The translations under genes and the position numbers were made by a program. This document shows positions 30,778-32,000 of a DNA stretch of 32,000 nt, piece after piece (position 1 is the stretch's first letter; every line of letters begins with the position of its first letter). This DNA is from Fastidiosibacter lacustris (lineage in GTDB: Bacteria > Pseudomonadota > Gammaproteobacteria > Francisellales > Francisellaceae), in the NCBI RefSeq assembly GCF_003428155.1, contig NZ_QLIR01000004.1, forward strand, positions 1 to 32,000, in the 5' to 3' direction. The notes under the pieces are model-generated. The model did no database searches. It was not told the DNA's origin and worked only from the letters and a program-made list of their open reading frames with translations.

Positions 30778-31296
30778 ATGGCGCTAAAGCTTGAAGATAA
30801 GAAAGCGATTGTGGCAGAAGTTGCTGAACAAGCATCCTTGGCATTGTCTGCAGCGGTGGCTGATTACCGTGGTTTGACTGTGAATCAAATGAGTGATTTA
30901 CGTAAGCAAGCTCGTGAATCAGGTGTTTATTTAAAAGTTGTTCGCAATAATTTAGCAAGAATCGCGATCAAAGGAACTGAGTTTGAGTGCATGAGCAATG
31001 CACTTGTGGGTCCTTTGGTTTTGGCTTTCTCGAAAGAAGAGCCAGGTGCGGCTGCTAAATTATTCAAAAATTTTATGAAGAACAATAAAACTTTTGAAGT
31101 GAAGAACTTAGCAATGGGTGGCGAATTATTCGGCGCCAACAAGTTGGAAGAAATGTCTAAGCTTCCAAGTCGCAACGATGCACTTGCATTGTTGTGCAAT
31201 GTATTGCAAGCACCTGTTACCAAGTTTGTGCGTACGCTTAATGAAATTCCAGCGCAAGCTGTTCGCGTATTTGCTGCTGTTGGTGATGCAAAATAA
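30778..31296 (+). CDS. rplJ: 50S ribosomal protein L10
   Basis: MALKLEDKKAIVAEVAEQASLALSAAVADYRGLTVNQMSDLRKQAR. Confidence 0.98.
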   Translation: MALKLEDKKAIVAEVAEQASLALSAAVADYRGLTVNQMSDLRKQARESGVYLKVVRNNLARIAIKGTEFECMSNALVGPLVLAFSKEEPGAAAKLFKNFMKNNKTFEVKNLAMGGELFGANKLEEMSKLPSRNDALALLCNVLQAPVTKFVRTLNEIPAQAVRVFAAVGDAK

Positions 31297-31340
31297 CCAC
31301 TTTTCGTTTTTGAAATAAATTATTTAATAGGAGTTATATA

Positions 31341-31715
31341 ATGGCTATTACTAAAGAAGACATTCTAAATGCAGTTGCTGAAATGAGCGTTATGGATGTT
31401 TGTGAGTTAGTTAAAATGATGGAAGAGAAATTTGGTGTTTCTGCTCAAGCTGCTATTGCAGTTGCAGCTCCAGTTGCAGGCGAAGCTGCTGCTGTTGAAG
31501 AGAAAACTGAGTTTGACGTTGTTTTAGTTGATGCAGGTGCTAATAAAGTTGGTGCGATTAAAGCAGTTCGCGCAGCAACTGGTTTAGGCTTGAAAGAAGC
31601 AAAAGACGCAGTTGAAGGCGTTCCTTTTACAATCAAAGAAGGTGCTTCTAAGGCAGATGCTGAAGCACTTAAAAAGCAGCTTGAAGAAGCTGGTGCTAAG
31701 GTTGAGCTTAAGTAA
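31341..31715 (+). CDS. rplL: 50S ribosomal protein L7/L12
   Basis: [35 protein letters not shown]...[40 protein letters not shown]. Confidence 0.99.
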   Translation: MAITKEDILNAVAEMSVMDVCELVKMMEEKFGVSAQAAIAVAAPVAGEAAAVEEKTEFDVVLVDAGANKVGAIKAVRAATGLGLKEAKDAVEGVPFTIKEGASKADAEALKKQLEEAGAKVELK

Positions 31716-31740
31716 TTTTTCGATTACATTAAGTTAAAGC

Positions 31741-31778
31741 AAAAGGCTAACAGGTATATTTTACTTGTTGGCCTTTTC
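31741..31778 (+). terminator. Attenuator-like hairpin between rplL and rpoB
   Basis: AAAAGGCTAACAGGTA-tattt-TACTTGTTGGCCTTTT, a near-perfect stem with a short T run. Confidence 0.6.
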
Positions 31779-31893
31779 TGCTATGTGATAAATATGATTT
31801 GTGGCTGAATCTGTGGTCGCAGATAAATAAAGTTTTTTCAAACTTTTGGCATGGTTTAGTGGTTAAAATGAATGTGATCAGAGGAAGTGCCTG

Positions 31894-32000
31894 ATGCCGT
31901 ACTCATACGCTGAGAAGAAAAGAATCCGTAAAGAATTTGGGAATCTTCCTAATATTCTAGATGTTCCATATTTGCTTGCCATTCAAGTAAATTCATACAA
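31894..32000 (+). CDS. rpoB: RNA polymerase subunit beta, 5' end only
   Basis: ATG at 31894: [35 protein letters not shown], runs off the window. Confidence 0.97.
   Translation, partial: MPYSYAEKKRIRKEFGNLPNILDVPYLLAIQVNSY

Overview
Low-GC gammaproteobacterial chromosomal window. It has a conserved housekeeping backbone plus accessory insertions. Backbone features: ndk, glpK, queG, spoT, csrA with tRNA-Ser, der-murA-murB, and tRNA-Tyr/Gly/Thr-tuf-tRNA-Trp-secE-nusG-rplK-rplA-rplJ-rplL-rpoB(start). Most notable candidates: (1) a 1581-aa single-module NRPS-like protein with an N-terminal formyltransferase domain, a condensation-like middle region without a catalytic HHxxxD, adenylation, carrier and NAD(P)-dependent thioester-reductase domains, and a hydrophobic C-terminal tail; (2) immediately downstream, a PAS sensor protein whose histidine-kinase core looks degenerate; (3) a 904-aa protein with a 37-aa (111-nt) tandem repeat array; (4) an MFS transporter ORF split by one in-frame TGA; (5) two decayed IS4-type transposase remnants. 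At the left edge there is a truncated minus-strand ORF with YD/Rhs-like repeats that the ORF track omits. No CRISPR array or rRNA gene was seen. Family assignments come from reading motifs by eye, with no database search.
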